Positions 1 to 10,592 of a stretch of DNA of 64,000 bases are shown piece after piece. Within the stretch, counting starts at the first letter, position 1. Each line of letters opens with the position of its first letter. Location: positions 588,626-652,625 of the forward strand of contig CAKVFE010000001.1 of the NCBI GenBank assembly GCA_934746645.1, in the 5' to 3' direction. A program made the position numbers and the translations under genes. The notes under the pieces were generated by a model. That model was not told the origin of the DNA and did no database searches. It was given only the letters and a program-made list of their open reading frames with translations. The stretch comes from an uncultured Clostridia bacterium (GTDB taxonomy: Bacteria; Bacillota; Clostridia; Christensenellales; UBA1242).

Positions 1-467
1 GGCGATATGAAGAAACAGCAAAATATATGCTATGGGCACCTTGTAAAAATAAAGATGAAGCAAAAGATAGACTAGAAAAAGTTATTGAGTACCAAAAAGA
101 AAGATTGTCATTTTTTGTTTATGAAAAGAGAACTGAACAAGCTATAGGTATGGCTGGACTAAAAGAAATTGAACCTACCATATATGAAGATAGTGGCATT
201 GGTATAGGTAAAGATTTTGTGGGACACGGATATGGCAAACAGATTCTTAATGCTTTACTTGATTATGTATTTAGTCACAATGCAAGCAAAGTTATTTGTT
301 CTTGTCATACAGACAATATCGCATCATCAAGTTTGCAAAAATCTTGTGGTATGCACTACACACATTCTGAAATAGTAACTAGAAAAAAGGATAGCCTTCA
401 ATATCAATCTGATTATTATGAAATTTCAAAATCTGAATACCAAAGTTTACACTCTAATAAAAAATAA
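1..467 (+). CDS. GNAT-family N-acetyltransferase (5' end cut by window edge)
   Basis: The frame is open from position 3 (..RYEETAKY-M at 27), so the start is probably upstream of the window. GNAT-like core 'IGIGKDFVGHGYGKQILNALLDYVF'. Confidence 0.6.
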   Translation, partial: RYEETAKYMLWAPCKNKDEAKDRLEKVIEYQKERLSFFVYEKRTEQAIGMAGLKEIEPTIYEDSGIGIGKDFVGHGYGKQILNALLDYVFSHNASKVICSCHTDNIASSSLQKSCGMHYTHSEIVTRKKDSLQYQSDYYEISKSEYQSLHSNKK

Positions 468-549
468 AAAAATAAATCCAAAAATCACTACCATATTAGT
501 TGAAAATTTGATACAATATTGTCTGTGATTTAAACAAAGGAGAAGAATT

Positions 550-891
550 ATGGCAGAACAAAAGAAAACATCTAGTAAATCTAGTAGTTCAAGTACAAAA
601 AAGACTACATCATCTTCTTCAAGAAGTACTGTATGGGGTCTTAACAAAATTAGTTTTTGGGTTATAGGCGCTATGGCAATCTTATATTTGATTGCTTCTA
701 TACTATCACTTTGTGGTGTAAACCTAAAAGTTGTTTCTGCTCTTCAAGGAGTTGCTACTGCTATGGCAATTTGTATCGCTGCAGTACTAGCTTGGAGATA
801 TGTTAAAAACAAACAAACTGTTTGGAAAGTATTGTACTTTGTACTATTGTTAGTAGTTCTATTGGGAATTATACTACCACTAGTTATCTAA
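550..891 (+). CDS. small membrane protein with Ser/Lys-rich N-terminus (hypothetical)
   Basis: SD 'aaggag' at 538-543 upstream of the ATG. N-terminal 'KKTSSKSSSSSTKKTTSSSS' followed by three hydrophobic spans. A terminator follows. Confidence 0.55.
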   Translation: MAEQKKTSSKSSSSSTKKTTSSSSRSTVWGLNKISFWVIGAMAILYLIASILSLCGVNLKVVSALQGVATAMAICIAAVLAWRYVKNKQTVWKVLYFVLLLVVLLGIILPLVI

Positions 892-899
892 TAAAAAAG

Positions 900-925
900 G
901 CAACCGTTAATGGTTGCTTTTTTTT
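900..925 (+). terminator. intrinsic terminator
   Basis: Stem GCAACC (900-905) / GGTTGC (912-917), loop gttaat, then a T-run 918-925. Confidence 0.7.
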
Positions 926-1068
926 ATTTAAAGTGTATGTGTATATCTTTATTAATATTTTTATTAATTAAATTTTTAATCTTAAATCTATACCTTGATT
1001 TACAAATCTTTATAAATTTTTTTTTATAACATTTATCTATAATAGATTTTTACTTATTATTTTAGATA

Positions 1069-2157
1069 TTATTGTTTTTCATCTTGTGTAGTATTTTCTA
1101 AATCTATATTAGTATTGTCTACTTTATCTTCTTTTGTACCTACTTCAACTAATGTAGTATCATTAGTTTTTTCTTTTGTATTAAGAGTGTCGCCTGCAAC
1201 ATTTTGTTTTGGTTGTTTTGACTTTCTTGTCTTTTTAGGTTTTGTTACTTCTTTACCTTCGGTTTCTTTTTGTATCTCTTCTACAGTACTCCACGCACCA
1301 ATAACTTCTGATACTTTAGTCAAATATACAAACGCTTGTGGGTCTATCTCTTTTATTATACTCTTCAATTGTCCCATTTGGTATCTACTAGCAAGACATA
1401 CCAATTGACATCTATCACTTTTACTGTGCATACCCTTAACTTGTGTACAAGTGCAACCTCTAGCAAGTTTATCCATAATTGCGTCTGCCAACTCATTAGG
1501 TTTGGTTGTGACAATACTAAATGCTCTAACTTGTTTGTATCCTTCATTGACAAAGTCAGTGATAAGCATACTAAGTACCAACGCAATAATTGTGTATGGC
1601 AACAATCTTATACCATCTGCAAAAGTAATAGTTGATAGTAAGATAATAAATGTATCTATACATATCATAAGAGTACCAATAGTTGCATTAGGTTTTTTCT
1701 TCTTTACAATACAAGCTATCATATCAGAGCCACCAGTCGAACCACCAAATCTTACTACAAGTCCAACACCTACACCCATAATAGCGCCACCATAAATAGC
1801 AGATACTAAAAGTTCAAATGTTGTGTTAAGATTGAGATAACTAAATAGTTCCATACTCAATGAGAATGAAAAAATACCTATAAGTGCTTTTATTGCAAAT
1901 CTTTTACCAAGTGTCTTTAGTGCTAAGAAATATAGTCCAATATTAAGTACCAAATATATAGCTGATGTAGGAACATTTTTTAGTCCTATCTTCCCTAACC
2001 AAACACTTATAACCATAGACAATGCAGAAAATCCACCAGTGGATATTTCGTTGGGTTCTAGGAACACACTAAACGCAAATCCCATAACGACTGTGCCAAG
2101 CACCACCATAAGTATCTCCAACCATAATTGCCATTTTCTACTTGCTTTTATATACAT
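1069..2157 (-). CDS. YitT-family membrane protein (DUF2179 C-terminal domain) with Lys/Thr-rich tail
   Basis: Multi-TM N-terminal part with 'GGFSALSMV' and 'GGSTGGSDMIA'. A soluble DUF2179-like part 'FSIVTTKPNELADAIMDKL..GCTCTQVKGMHS' follows. The last ~70 aa are low complexity. Confidence 0.75.
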   Translation of the reverse strand: MYIKASRKWQLWLEILMVVLGTVVMGFAFSVFLEPNEISTGGFSALSMVISVWLGKIGLKNVPTSAIYLVLNIGLYFLALKTLGKRFAIKALIGIFSFSLSMELFSYLNLNTTFELLVSAIYGGAIMGVGVGLVVRFGGSTGGSDMIACIVKKKKPNATIGTLMICIDTFIILLSTITFADGIRLLPYTIIALVLSMLITDFVNEGYKQVRAFSIVTTKPNELADAIMDKLARGCTCTQVKGMHSKSDRCQLVCLASRYQMGQLKSIIKEIDPQAFVYLTKVSEVIGAWSTVEEIQKETEGKEVTKPKKTRKSKQPKQNVAGDTLNTKEKTNDTTLVEVGTKEDKVDNTNIDLENTTQDEKQ

Positions 2158-2359
2158 AATACACTCTCCAAATAATTTTGCCGTAAGATTATAACACGAC
2201 TTTTATTTAAAAACAATGGCGAAATAAAAATATATTTATAATTATTAATATGTATACTTTAATAAAATAAAAAAATAATTTAATTATAGCCAATATATTA
2301 AGCTAATGACTTGTTTTACTTTTATAATAAGTTATGATACAATACGGTCTGGTGAAAAT

Positions 2360-4345
2360 ATGAAAAAGAAAATAATAATATACACAGTATCAATAATTGC
2401 TTTTCTTGCTATAGCAATAGTAAGTATTATTGGTGGAATCAATACACACAACAAAAAAGTGTTAAAACAAGAACTTAATAATTTGATCGAAAGTTATGAT
2501 GCAAACGAAACACTGTCATACAAAAATTATCTTATCAATAGCGCACATACCAATGTAACTGACAACAATGGTAAGTATACCTTTAATTATAAAAACAAAC
2601 AGGTAACAATAACCGAAGACAAGATTGTTAAGATATCCAACACAACTGTACCAAAATATGACTATAGTTTTGATAGTGTGGAAGATATGGTAAGTAGTCC
2701 AAAACTAAAGGTTGATGATATAGTATATGTAAAAAGTTATTATAAAAATAAAAACATTGGTGGCGGATACTACACAATAGTTAATGCTAGAGATGACAAT
2801 AGTTATTGTATAGATTTAGACTTAGGCCTTGTAGCTCAACTTAAAGTATACGACAAAACAATATATGTAAGTCAGTTGGGAGCTTATGCAGACGGAAAAA
2901 CCGATGACCATACAGCAATACAACAAAGTATAGATTTATGTGGAGAAAATATAGACACTATCATATTTGATAAAGGCAACTATCTATGCAATGACTATAT
3001 AGACATAATCAATGTTAGCAATATCAACATTATCGGCAACAACAGTACAATAATTGTTAATGACCAATTTAACAATGTCGACACTGGCGAATTTTTCTTT
3101 AATGTATATGGTAGTGAAGATATACTAATAAGTGGTCTTAATATCAATTATGATTTTAACCAACAAATGCGTGGTATACGCACACAGCTAGTCATCAACG
3201 CTTCTGACAATATCGAATTGTATGGTTGCAAACTTACCATACCAAAAAGTCTAAGAGAAGTAAGTCAAGTTGGATACACCAATATAGACTGTTACTCTGA
3301 CTGGCACAACATAATAATCAACAACTGCACATTTACCAACTACTGCGATTGTGAAGAAGGTGGCGGAATGTGGATAAGAGATTTACACAACAAAGGTTGT
3401 GACAATATAAAAGTTGTCAATTCTAGTTTTACTAAAGTTGCACACGACGAAATACTTGCTGTATTTATGGGACAAATATCAAATGTTCTTATCAAGAACA
3501 ATACTTTCAATGTTCCAGATACTGGGTTATCTTCCAGTGTAATGAATTTTACTTTAGGAAGCAGTAGCAGTGTTCAAGCTGAAAACATAACATTTTCAGA
3601 CAACACCATTGATGCATCTTCAACAGGTGGATTGATATGGTCTAAAAACACTAAAAATCTTGTAGTTAAAAACAACAATATCAAAACTAGATTAAGTAGT
3701 AAAGCTGACGGAAGCAATACTCAAAGTCATTTTAGAGTATTTGAATCTCAAAGCAATAGTGACGGAGTAACTAAGAAAATAAATTCTATTGAAAACAACA
3801 CCATTGAAGTATATTCTTATCTTGACACATACAATTTTCAATACAAAATATTTTCAAATATCAACAATGTTAAGTCCAACAACATAACAATTTATCCTAA
3901 AGTAACCAATATATTTATTGGCTGTGACAATGTTATCAACAACAAAGTAACCAGTAATAGTGATGTTGAATTTGTGTCATACAACACTACAACCAAATTT
4001 TCCAACAACTCAGTAATATTGAAAGGATACACAAGTTGTATGTTTAGGTGGTATGGTTATACTCTTAACAAAATGATAACTTGTTCCAACAACTCCATCA
4101 ACTACCAATATGTTGAAAGTGAAAAATCTTCTTGTATCGTTATGATTAACAATACAAAGTTTGTAAGCAACACTATCGACTTTAACAACAATCTTATTGC
4201 AGGCACAACATTATCTCCACAAACTCGTCAATTGTTTGTCGTAGCTGATGACGAAAAAGAACAACAATTTTTGTTTAAGAACAATATTGTTACCAACTAC
4301 CCTGACCGTAACTATGTTGTCAATGCTCAAATTGTTAAAGATTAA
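2360..4345 (+). CDS. membrane-anchored right-handed beta-helix (pectate-lyase-fold) protein, Asn-rich
   Basis: Start moved to the ATG at 2360 (MKKKIIIYTVSIIAFLAIAIV signal anchor). 'YVSQLGAYADGKTDDHTAIQQSIDL' matches the N-terminal motif of pectate_lyase_3/tailspike-like beta-helix proteins. Many repeated 'N-I-x-V/I-x-N-N' turns. Confidence 0.6.
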   Translation: MKKKIIIYTVSIIAFLAIAIVSIIGGINTHNKKVLKQELNNLIESYDANETLSYKNYLINSAHTNVTDNNGKYTFNYKNKQVTITEDKIVKISNTTVPKYDYSFDSVEDMVSSPKLKVDDIVYVKSYYKNKNIGGGYYTIVNARDDNSYCIDLDLGLVAQLKVYDKTIYVSQLGAYADGKTDDHTAIQQSIDLCGENIDTIIFDKGNYLCNDYIDIINVSNINIIGNNSTIIVNDQFNNVDTGEFFFNVYGSEDILISGLNINYDFNQQMRGIRTQLVINASDNIELYGCKLTIPKSLREVSQVGYTNIDCYSDWHNIIINNCTFTNYCDCEEGGGMWIRDLHNKGCDNIKVVNSSFTKVAHDEILAVFMGQISNVLIKNNTFNVPDTGLSSSVMNFTLGSSSSVQAENITFSDNTIDASSTGGLIWSKNTKNLVVKNNNIKTRLSSKADGSNTQSHFRVFESQSNSDGVTKKINSIENNTIEVYSYLDTYNFQYKIFSNINNVKSNNITIYPKVTNIFIGCDNVINNKVTSNSDVEFVSYNTTTKFSNNSVILKGYTSCMFRWYGYTLNKMITCSNNSINYQYVESEKSSCIVMINNTKFVSNTIDFNNNLIAGTTLSPQTRQLFVVADDEKEQQFLFKNNIVTNYPDRNYVVNAQIVKD

Positions 4346-4445
4346 AAGTTAATAACCAATAAAAAAAGATAATGTCCAAAAACATTATCTTTTTTATTAT
4401 TTATTTTATTATCTATTTTATTATTTATCAATATTTATATATTTT

Positions 4446-5426
4446 CTATCTGCCCATATTTAAACTATCTTCTGCAAATTCTTTAAAACATTCTACCATA
4501 TCTGGATTTTCTTTTAATAGTAATTGGGATATCTTTTCTACCATTTCATCACTTGTCAAAAGTTTAACTCTCTTTTCTGCCAACTCTCTTTTGCCTTTTG
4601 GTGCATTTTCTGGATTTAATGGTTCGAATCTTGTACCAATATTTTTTAGATAAATTTTCAAATCGTTTACATTTGCAATCTTATTTTTCTCTAAAAAATC
4701 GAACACTCTAACTGAATAGAAAGTTTCCGTATTTTGCTCTGGGGCAAAGTAACCCACATATTCGTTATCATTTTCAAAAGATTTGTTAGAAGCAACAAAA
4801 CCTATTCTTGGTAATCTAAATTTATAAATAAGTGGAATCATAAATGAATAATAATTATTTGCTTCTTTCATTCCAGCCAATTCTAATGGAAGTTCTCTTA
4901 AAACTTTATGCTCATTAGTTGGATTATCATAAAAATCATCAGGAACATTTTCTCTAATTCTTTTATTATTCATATATTCGGCAACATTCATATATTGCTC
5001 AAATATATCCATTTCATTCTCATTAAATGACTCGTTAATATACTTACCTACAGTTTCTAAGTATCCAGATCCAAACTCAACGAAATCACCATCACCACGA
5101 ACAACTTCTTTTAAATCTGTCATTCTCATTCCGTTTTTAAATAAATACTTTTCAAAACCTTCGCTTGCTGAAGTTATAAAATAATCAACATGGGTCTTTT
5201 TGTTTAACTCATCATAAGACTTAGTTTGGGCTTCTTTTAAAGCAACCGATTCTTCCATATTGTGATAAAATAACAACGAATTATAATGTGCTATTTTACC
5301 TGGACAAAGTTGAAGTCTTTCAGGTATCTCATAGATTTTAGAAGATTCCATAGCATCTTTTAATCCTGAAAGAGTTCTTTGTGTAAGTTCATAAAATTGT
5401 TTGGCTGTTTCTCTATCTATTGCCAT
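4446..5426 (-). CDS. hypothetical cytoplasmic protein (326 aa, no family recognised)
   Basis: Long ORF with SD 'aggtgag' (reverse complement of 5430-5436) and non-repetitive composition. No TM or signal sequence and no motif I recognise. Confidence 0.6.
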   Translation of the reverse strand: MAIDRETAKQFYELTQRTLSGLKDAMESSKIYEIPERLQLCPGKIAHYNSLLFYHNMEESVALKEAQTKSYDELNKKTHVDYFITSASEGFEKYLFKNGMRMTDLKEVVRGDGDFVEFGSGYLETVGKYINESFNENEMDIFEQYMNVAEYMNNKRIRENVPDDFYDNPTNEHKVLRELPLELAGMKEANNYYSFMIPLIYKFRLPRIGFVASNKSFENDNEYVGYFAPEQNTETFYSVRVFDFLEKNKIANVNDLKIYLKNIGTRFEPLNPENAPKGKRELAEKRVKLLTSDEMVEKISQLLLKENPDMVECFKEFAEDSLNMGR

Positions 5427-5512
5427 AACTCACCTCTATTAGCAATTAAAAATTAAATTATATTCTATACTTAATATTATAATCTAGTCTAATTAAAAAA
5501 TCAATAAGCCTT

Positions 5513-5551
5513 AAATAAAAAAGTTTTAAAGCAAATACTTGCTTTAAAACT
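5513..5551 (-). terminator. intrinsic terminator (13-bp stem) between the two unknown genes
   Basis: AGTTTTAAAGCAA (5522-5534) / TTGCTTTAAAACT (5539-5551), loop atac. On the minus strand it is followed by a U-rich run (complement of 5512-5521). Confidence 0.75.
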
Positions 5552-5558
5552 ATAAATA

Positions 5559-6182
5559 TTATTTTGTTTTTTCTAATCTGTTATATTTTTCCATTAGAAT
5601 TTTATTTTCAATTTTCTTTTGGTCTATTATTTTTTGAGTTTCTTCATCTCTTACTTCTCTTGGAATCATCATTTCATAAAACTCTGGACCTTTTTTAGAG
5701 AATGCAAAGACCATTCTAGTTACAAGACCAAATGACGCACCACTATGACCTTGTTCTTCAATAATTTCTTTTGCCTTTCTCATATCAGGTACATTTTCCA
5801 AAGCTTCCATAATTTCTATTGTATCTTCTACTTCCAATCCTTTATACAAACCTTTAGCTCTTTTACTTACACAACTTGCCCATTCTGCTTGTCTTTCAGG
5901 ATAAATAAGTTTGTTTCCTCTTTCAATCCATTGTGGAACTTTTTCCAATGCTTCTTGAGTTTCTTTTTCATCTCTTATTTTCATTTCTTCAGCTTTTTTA
6001 TCAAATTCTGCTTTTGTACAACCCATTACAGCTTGATAAGCAGAATCCATTGTAACTGTTTCAGAATCAAAAATATGTCCATTAAAATTACAAGTAGCCT
6101 TTATACCCATATCGTGTAAAGATATTAATTTTTCTACAGTTTCATCTAATGTGTTTCTTGGTTTAATTTCGCCTAAATCCAT
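5559..6182 (-). CDS. hypothetical protein (207 aa, no family recognised)
   Basis: ORF with SD 'aggagga' (reverse complement of 6187-6193). Glu/Lys-rich and soluble, with its own terminator. Confidence 0.6.
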   Translation of the reverse strand: MDLGEIKPRNTLDETVEKLISLHDMGIKATCNFNGHIFDSETVTMDSAYQAVMGCTKAEFDKKAEEMKIRDEKETQEALEKVPQWIERGNKLIYPERQAEWASCVSKRAKGLYKGLEVEDTIEIMEALENVPDMRKAKEIIEEQGHSGASFGLVTRMVFAFSKKGPEFYEMMIPREVRDEETQKIIDQKKIENKILMEKYNRLEKTK

Positions 6183-6259
6183 ATTTTCCTCCTACATATT
6201 TCCTATTATAATTATTATATCATTAAATACATCAAAATTCAATACCCATATTGATATCT

Positions 6260-7033
6260 TTATATCTTCAAAATGTTGCGTATAGCATACACAATGCCAT
6301 TTTCGTCCAATGGCAATGTAACATATTGTGCTAGTTTTTGTATTTCTGGTTTTGCATTACCCATAGCTATAGATATATCTGTATTTTCAAACATTGCTAT
6401 ATCATTGTTGGAGTCGCCAACAGATACTGTCTTATAATTAGGATAAATACTTTTCAAATACTGGATTGCTTGATTTTTAGATACTCCCTTATATGTCACA
6501 TCAAAATACCCACCCGGCATTTGGTAAAAATCACAATTAGGATAAATTGTATTTGCATTTTCAAACACATTACCTTCTACCCACAACTGAAAAACATTGC
6601 CGTGACTTATATCATATTCCAATTCGTTTTCGTCTACCAATATTGCTTTGTGTCTTTCCATAAATTGTTCGTCATTGATAGTTGTTTTTGCACCATAAGC
6701 ATATTTGTAGTGCCACTTCAAATTGTGTTCTTTAACATATTTAACTATATTTCTTGTGTCGTTGATATCAAGAGTTTTTCCTATAATTGTACTATTGCCT
6801 TTTGCGTCTGTGACTACACTACCAAATAATGTAGCATAGTACATAAAGTGCTCACTACCTTTCAATATTGTTACAGTAGTAAGTGGTCTACCTGTAGCAA
6901 TAACTGGTATATGTCCTTCACTTTTTATACGGTCTATTTCGTCAATGATAGATTGTGAAATTTCTCTTTTACCAATATTAACAAGTGTGCCGTCTACATC
7001 AAAAAATATAATATATTTGTCTTTATTATTCAT
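6260..7033 (-). CDS. Cof-type HAD-IIB phosphatase
   Basis: HAD motifs 'FFDVDGTL', 'ATGRP' and 'VGDSNNDIAMF'. Confidence 0.85.
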   Translation of the reverse strand: MNNKDKYIIFFDVDGTLVNIGKREISQSIIDEIDRIKSEGHIPVIATGRPLTTVTILKGSEHFMYYATLFGSVVTDAKGNSTIIGKTLDINDTRNIVKYVKEHNLKWHYKYAYGAKTTINDEQFMERHKAILVDENELEYDISHGNVFQLWVEGNVFENANTIYPNCDFYQMPGGYFDVTYKGVSKNQAIQYLKSIYPNYKTVSVGDSNNDIAMFENTDISIAMGNAKPEIQKLAQYVTLPLDENGIVYAIRNILKI

Positions 7034-7123
7034 ATTTTATCCTTAAATTTTTTATAAGTACATTATATCAAATTTAATGTATCTACACCAACAAATACAG
7101 ATATTATTAGGTCTTAAATTAAA

Positions 7124-7153
7124 TAAAAAAGATTGGAAGTTATATCCAATCTT
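7124..7153 (-). terminator. intrinsic terminator of the ABC operon
   Basis: AAGATTGGA (7129-7137) / TCCAATCTT (7145-7153). An A-run at 7124-7130 gives a U-run on the minus strand. Confidence 0.65.
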
Positions 7154-7217
7154 TTATTATATATATAATATATATTATACATTTATAAATAACATATTAT
7201 ATACCACAACTATTTTT

Positions 7218-8768
7218 TTATAGTGGTAGGTCTTTCTTGTCAAATTTGATAACACCAATAGTATATGTTGCAATAGCAATAACTAATAGTATAGCAAATT
7301 TCCATAGATAGCATAAGTTGCCACCGATAATTGAAGTTGCGTCAAACAAACTAATAATTGATACATAGTTAAAGTATTTCATAGCGTCAATACGGATAGC
7401 ACTTGGGATTACATCACTACCAAACAATCCCAAAATTGTAGCAACTAAGAAGAACATTGTTAATCCGCCACCACAAGACATAGACATTTTGCTTCTATTA
7501 AACCAGCTAGATGCTAAGAAACAAATACCAGATACTGCAAGCATTGTTATAAATGCACCTAAGTTAAGCAATAAGATTTCGCCATATCCAATAGTGATTT
7601 CGGAAGAATTAACAATAGCCAAACATACTACACTTGTTAAAGTTGTCATTGCAAACATAACAAACAATGAAGTTACTAAATAACAAATTTGGGTAAGAGT
7701 TACTGTGCGTCTTTTTGTTGGAGTACTTAGTACATAAGCCATTGAGCCAGAATCTACTTGACCTGCGATAAGGTTGTTGGCTGTCATAATAACAAATATC
7801 ATTGGCAACAACAATCCAGCAATACGGAAGAATATAGAACCAATAACCAATCCATAAACATCCATATCTTTTATTTCGCTAAGTGCGTCACAAACTTTTT
7901 GTGGAAGTTCGTCAACCAAAGCTTTAGAATTTTCACTAATAATTGTAGCTTTGTATGCTTCTACTTCAGCATTGATTTGGTCTTGGGTATATGTAGGGTT
8001 AAGTTCTTTAATTTGATTTTCTTTTACAGATACTTGTGCTCTAAATGTTACTATAGCAGTATAAGATTTTTCATTGATACTTTCTTTAGTAAAATATGTA
8101 GCAACTTCTATAGTTCTGCCTTCATAGTCAATACTTTGACCATAGAATAATTCTTGCATAACATTAGGGATATAGCTTGTTGCGTATTCGGTAACATCTA
8201 CATCACCAGATGCTTGTTTGGTTTGGATATAACTATTAATTGCTGTAGTTATAAATTGTTTTGCTTGATTAGCTGTATCTTCGCCTTGTTCGGTTTTGAT
8301 TTGGTCATAAATATTGTCAGCTATAGCATTAAGCACATAGTTGGATACAGCTGTAGTAGAATAGTCACTACCTTGTGCTAGATAAAAATCTATTGTGCTA
8401 TTGATAGCTGTTGTTTCAGCATCAGTCTTGCCATAAGCTATCATTGCTCTAGCTTCAGCGTCAGTCTTGCCACTAGCAATAAGTCCTTGATAAGCATTGA
8501 TAATGTTTACCATTGAATTGTAATTGCTTTCATAATTGGTTAATGCTTTGTCTGTAAGATTGAAGTATGTCATTGATTGACTTTGAATTGTGCTTTCAAT
8601 AGCATCACTTACAAACATATCTGTCATACTGTTACGGATTTCGTTGACATTAAGATTGCCAAGTACACAAATAATGATTGCCAACATAAAACAAGTAATT
8701 GTAGTTACGAATGTCCATATACCAGCATTGGCTTTACACGATTGTTTAAATAATGGTCTACTAATCAT
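7218..8768 (-). CDS. ABC-2-type transporter permease with large extracytoplasmic domain
   Basis: N-terminal TM, then a ~270-aa soluble loop, then five to six C-terminal TM spans. Overlaps the upstream ATPase gene by 8 nt. Confidence 0.7.
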   Translation of the reverse strand: MISRPLFKQSCKANAGIWTFVTTITCFMLAIIICVLGNLNVNEIRNSMTDMFVSDAIESTIQSQSMTYFNLTDKALTNYESNYNSMVNIINAYQGLIASGKTDAEARAMIAYGKTDAETTAINSTIDFYLAQGSDYSTTAVSNYVLNAIADNIYDQIKTEQGEDTANQAKQFITTAINSYIQTKQASGDVDVTEYATSYIPNVMQELFYGQSIDYEGRTIEVATYFTKESINEKSYTAIVTFRAQVSVKENQIKELNPTYTQDQINAEVEAYKATIISENSKALVDELPQKVCDALSEIKDMDVYGLVIGSIFFRIAGLLLPMIFVIMTANNLIAGQVDSGSMAYVLSTPTKRRTVTLTQICYLVTSLFVMFAMTTLTSVVCLAIVNSSEITIGYGEILLLNLGAFITMLAVSGICFLASSWFNRSKMSMSCGGGLTMFFLVATILGLFGSDVIPSAIRIDAMKYFNYVSIISLFDATSIIGGNLCYLWKFAILLVIAIATYTIGVIKFDKKDLPL

Positions 8769-9672
8769 TTTTATTCTCCTTTTGATTTTTTATTACTTCA
8801 TTAAAATGTTTTTCAAGAGTATACTTAACTTCTGCCATAAACTTTACATCAAACATTGTTAAATCCTTAAACAATTTGTTGATGTCTTTTTTATCCACAG
8901 AAACTGTTACTTGGCTATATTGTTTTTGATCTCTTATTATCTTATATCCAAGTTTTTTAAAATCTTCATAGTCTTGTTTTTTACTAAACTCAATTTTGTA
9001 ATCAGATACTGGTCTATTGTGTATTTCGTCCATAACAGCGACATCTACAATATGACCTTGATTGATAAGTGCAACTCTATCGCAAGTATGCTCTAGTTCT
9101 TCGTACAAGTGCGAACTTATAAGTATTGTTTTGCCTTTCTCTTTTTCTTTACTAATAATATCTAGAAAAGACACTCTCATAAGTGGGTCTAGTCCTGTAG
9201 TTGGTTCGTCCAAAATGATAATATCTGGATTGGCCATAAGTGCTACAACTATCGCTGTCTTTTGTTTCATACCTTTACTCATACGCTTTAAGTTGGCACT
9301 TGGGTCAAGTTGAAGTTTTTCTATAAGATAATTGGCATAAGTCATATCTTTAAGTCCTAAAAACTCAGCTTGTGATTTAATAAATTCGGTACCAGTCTTT
9401 AAATCTGGAAAAGCTATTTCGCCCGGTACATATCCAATATATTTTTTTGTCTTTTCACTATCAGTCCAACTATCCATACCATATATTGTTATTTTGCCTT
9501 TATCAGGTTTTAAAAACCCCATAATATTGCGGATAGTGGTTGTTTTGCCTGCACCATTAGAACCTACAAAACCTAACATTTCGCCTTTATAGATATCTAA
9601 GTTGATATCAAAGACACCACGGTTGTCGCCATAATCTTTAGTTAAATCTTTTATCTCTATAACTTTTTCCAT
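8761..9672 (-). CDS. ABC transporter ATP-binding protein
   Basis: Walker A 'GSNGAGKTTT', signature 'MSKGMKQK', Walker B 'IIILDEPTTGLD'. Confidence 0.9.
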   Translation of the reverse strand: MEKVIEIKDLTKDYGDNRGVFDINLDIYKGEMLGFVGSNGAGKTTTIRNIMGFLKPDKGKITIYGMDSWTDSEKTKKYIGYVPGEIAFPDLKTGTEFIKSQAEFLGLKDMTYANYLIEKLQLDPSANLKRMSKGMKQKTAIVVALMANPDIIILDEPTTGLDPLMRVSFLDIISKEKEKGKTILISSHLYEELEHTCDRVALINQGHIVDVAVMDEIHNRPVSDYKIEFSKKQDYEDFKKLGYKIIRDQKQYSQVTVSVDKKDINKLFKDLTMFDVKFMAEVKYTLEKHFNEVIKNQKENKND

Positions 9673-10592
9673 TACAACGCACCTCCAAAATCTTTGTCTT
9701 CTTTATAATACTTCATAAAGTAATCTTCCAATGTTTCTTTTAGATGTTCAAAACCTACAACATTGGACTTTGACAAAGCAAGTATAAGTTCGTTGATGTT
9801 TTTGTCGTCAACATTAATAAGTGTTTGATTGTCGCTATGTTTTACAATAGTAAAGTTTTTATTGTCCTTATTATCATTATCAAACTTTTCACTATCTTCA
9901 ACACTAGCAAAATCAACCAAATAGTTTTTATTATTGTTGTGTTTTAAATCGTCAGCTATAAACTCCGAAACTATCTTTCCGTCTTTAATAATAGCTATAC
10001 GATCACAAGTTGCATCAACTTCGCTAAAAATGTGACTGGACAACAATATTGTTTTGCCACGCTTTTTCTCTTCTTTTATAAACTCAATAAATACTTGTTG
10101 CATCTTTAAATCTAGTCCACTTGTTGGCTCATCTAAGATAAGTATGTCAGGGTCATTCATAAATGCAGTTACTACTGCAAGTTTTCTTTTTATTCCCAAA
10201 CTCATACGCTTAGTATCTCCACTAGGGTCTAGCTCGAAAAGTTGTAACAAATGATTAAGCCATGTGTCGTCTGTAACATGTTTAAGTTTTTTCATCATAT
10301 CCAAAAACTCATATCCATTAAGACCTTCTGGCAATGCAATTTCGCCCGGTAGATATCCTACCTTATCCATAAACTTGTCATAGTTGTCAAAACTATCCAT
10401 ACCAAGTATTTTTGTTTTTCCACTATCTGGACGGCTAAATCCCATTAGATGTCTTATGGTTGTAGATTTACCAGCACCATTTGGACCTAAAAATCCGTAT
10501 ACTTCGCCAGCATTGATACTAAAAGATATATCAAAAACGCCACGGCCATGACCATAATCTTTTGTAAAATGTTCTACTTCAATTTTTGCCAT
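9672..10592 (-). CDS. ABC transporter ATP-binding protein (second ATPase)
   Basis: Start moved to the Met of 'MAKIEVEHF' (10590-10592), preceded by SD GGAGGAAAG. Walker A 'GPNGAGKSTT', signature 'MSLGIKRK', Walker B 'ILILDEPTSGLD'. Confidence 0.9.
   Translation of the reverse strand: MAKIEVEHFTKDYGHGRGVFDISFSINAGEVYGFLGPNGAGKSTTIRHLMGFSRPDSGKTKILGMDSFDNYDKFMDKVGYLPGEIALPEGLNGYEFLDMMKKLKHVTDDTWLNHLLQLFELDPSGDTKRMSLGIKRKLAVVTAFMNDPDILILDEPTSGLDLKMQQVFIEFIKEEKKRGKTILLSSHIFSEVDATCDRIAIIKDGKIVSEFIADDLKHNNNKNYLVDFASVEDSEKFDNDNKDNKNFTIVKHSDNQTLINVDDKNINELILALSKSNVVGFEHLKETLEDYFMKYYKEDKDFGGAL

Noticed and set aside
4372-4653. 93-aa ORF overlapping the 3' end of the 326-aa minus-strand gene
   Set aside because: It starts in a poly-T/AT terminator-like region, is Ile/Phe/Tyr-rich at its N-terminus, and is antisense to a better-supported ORF.
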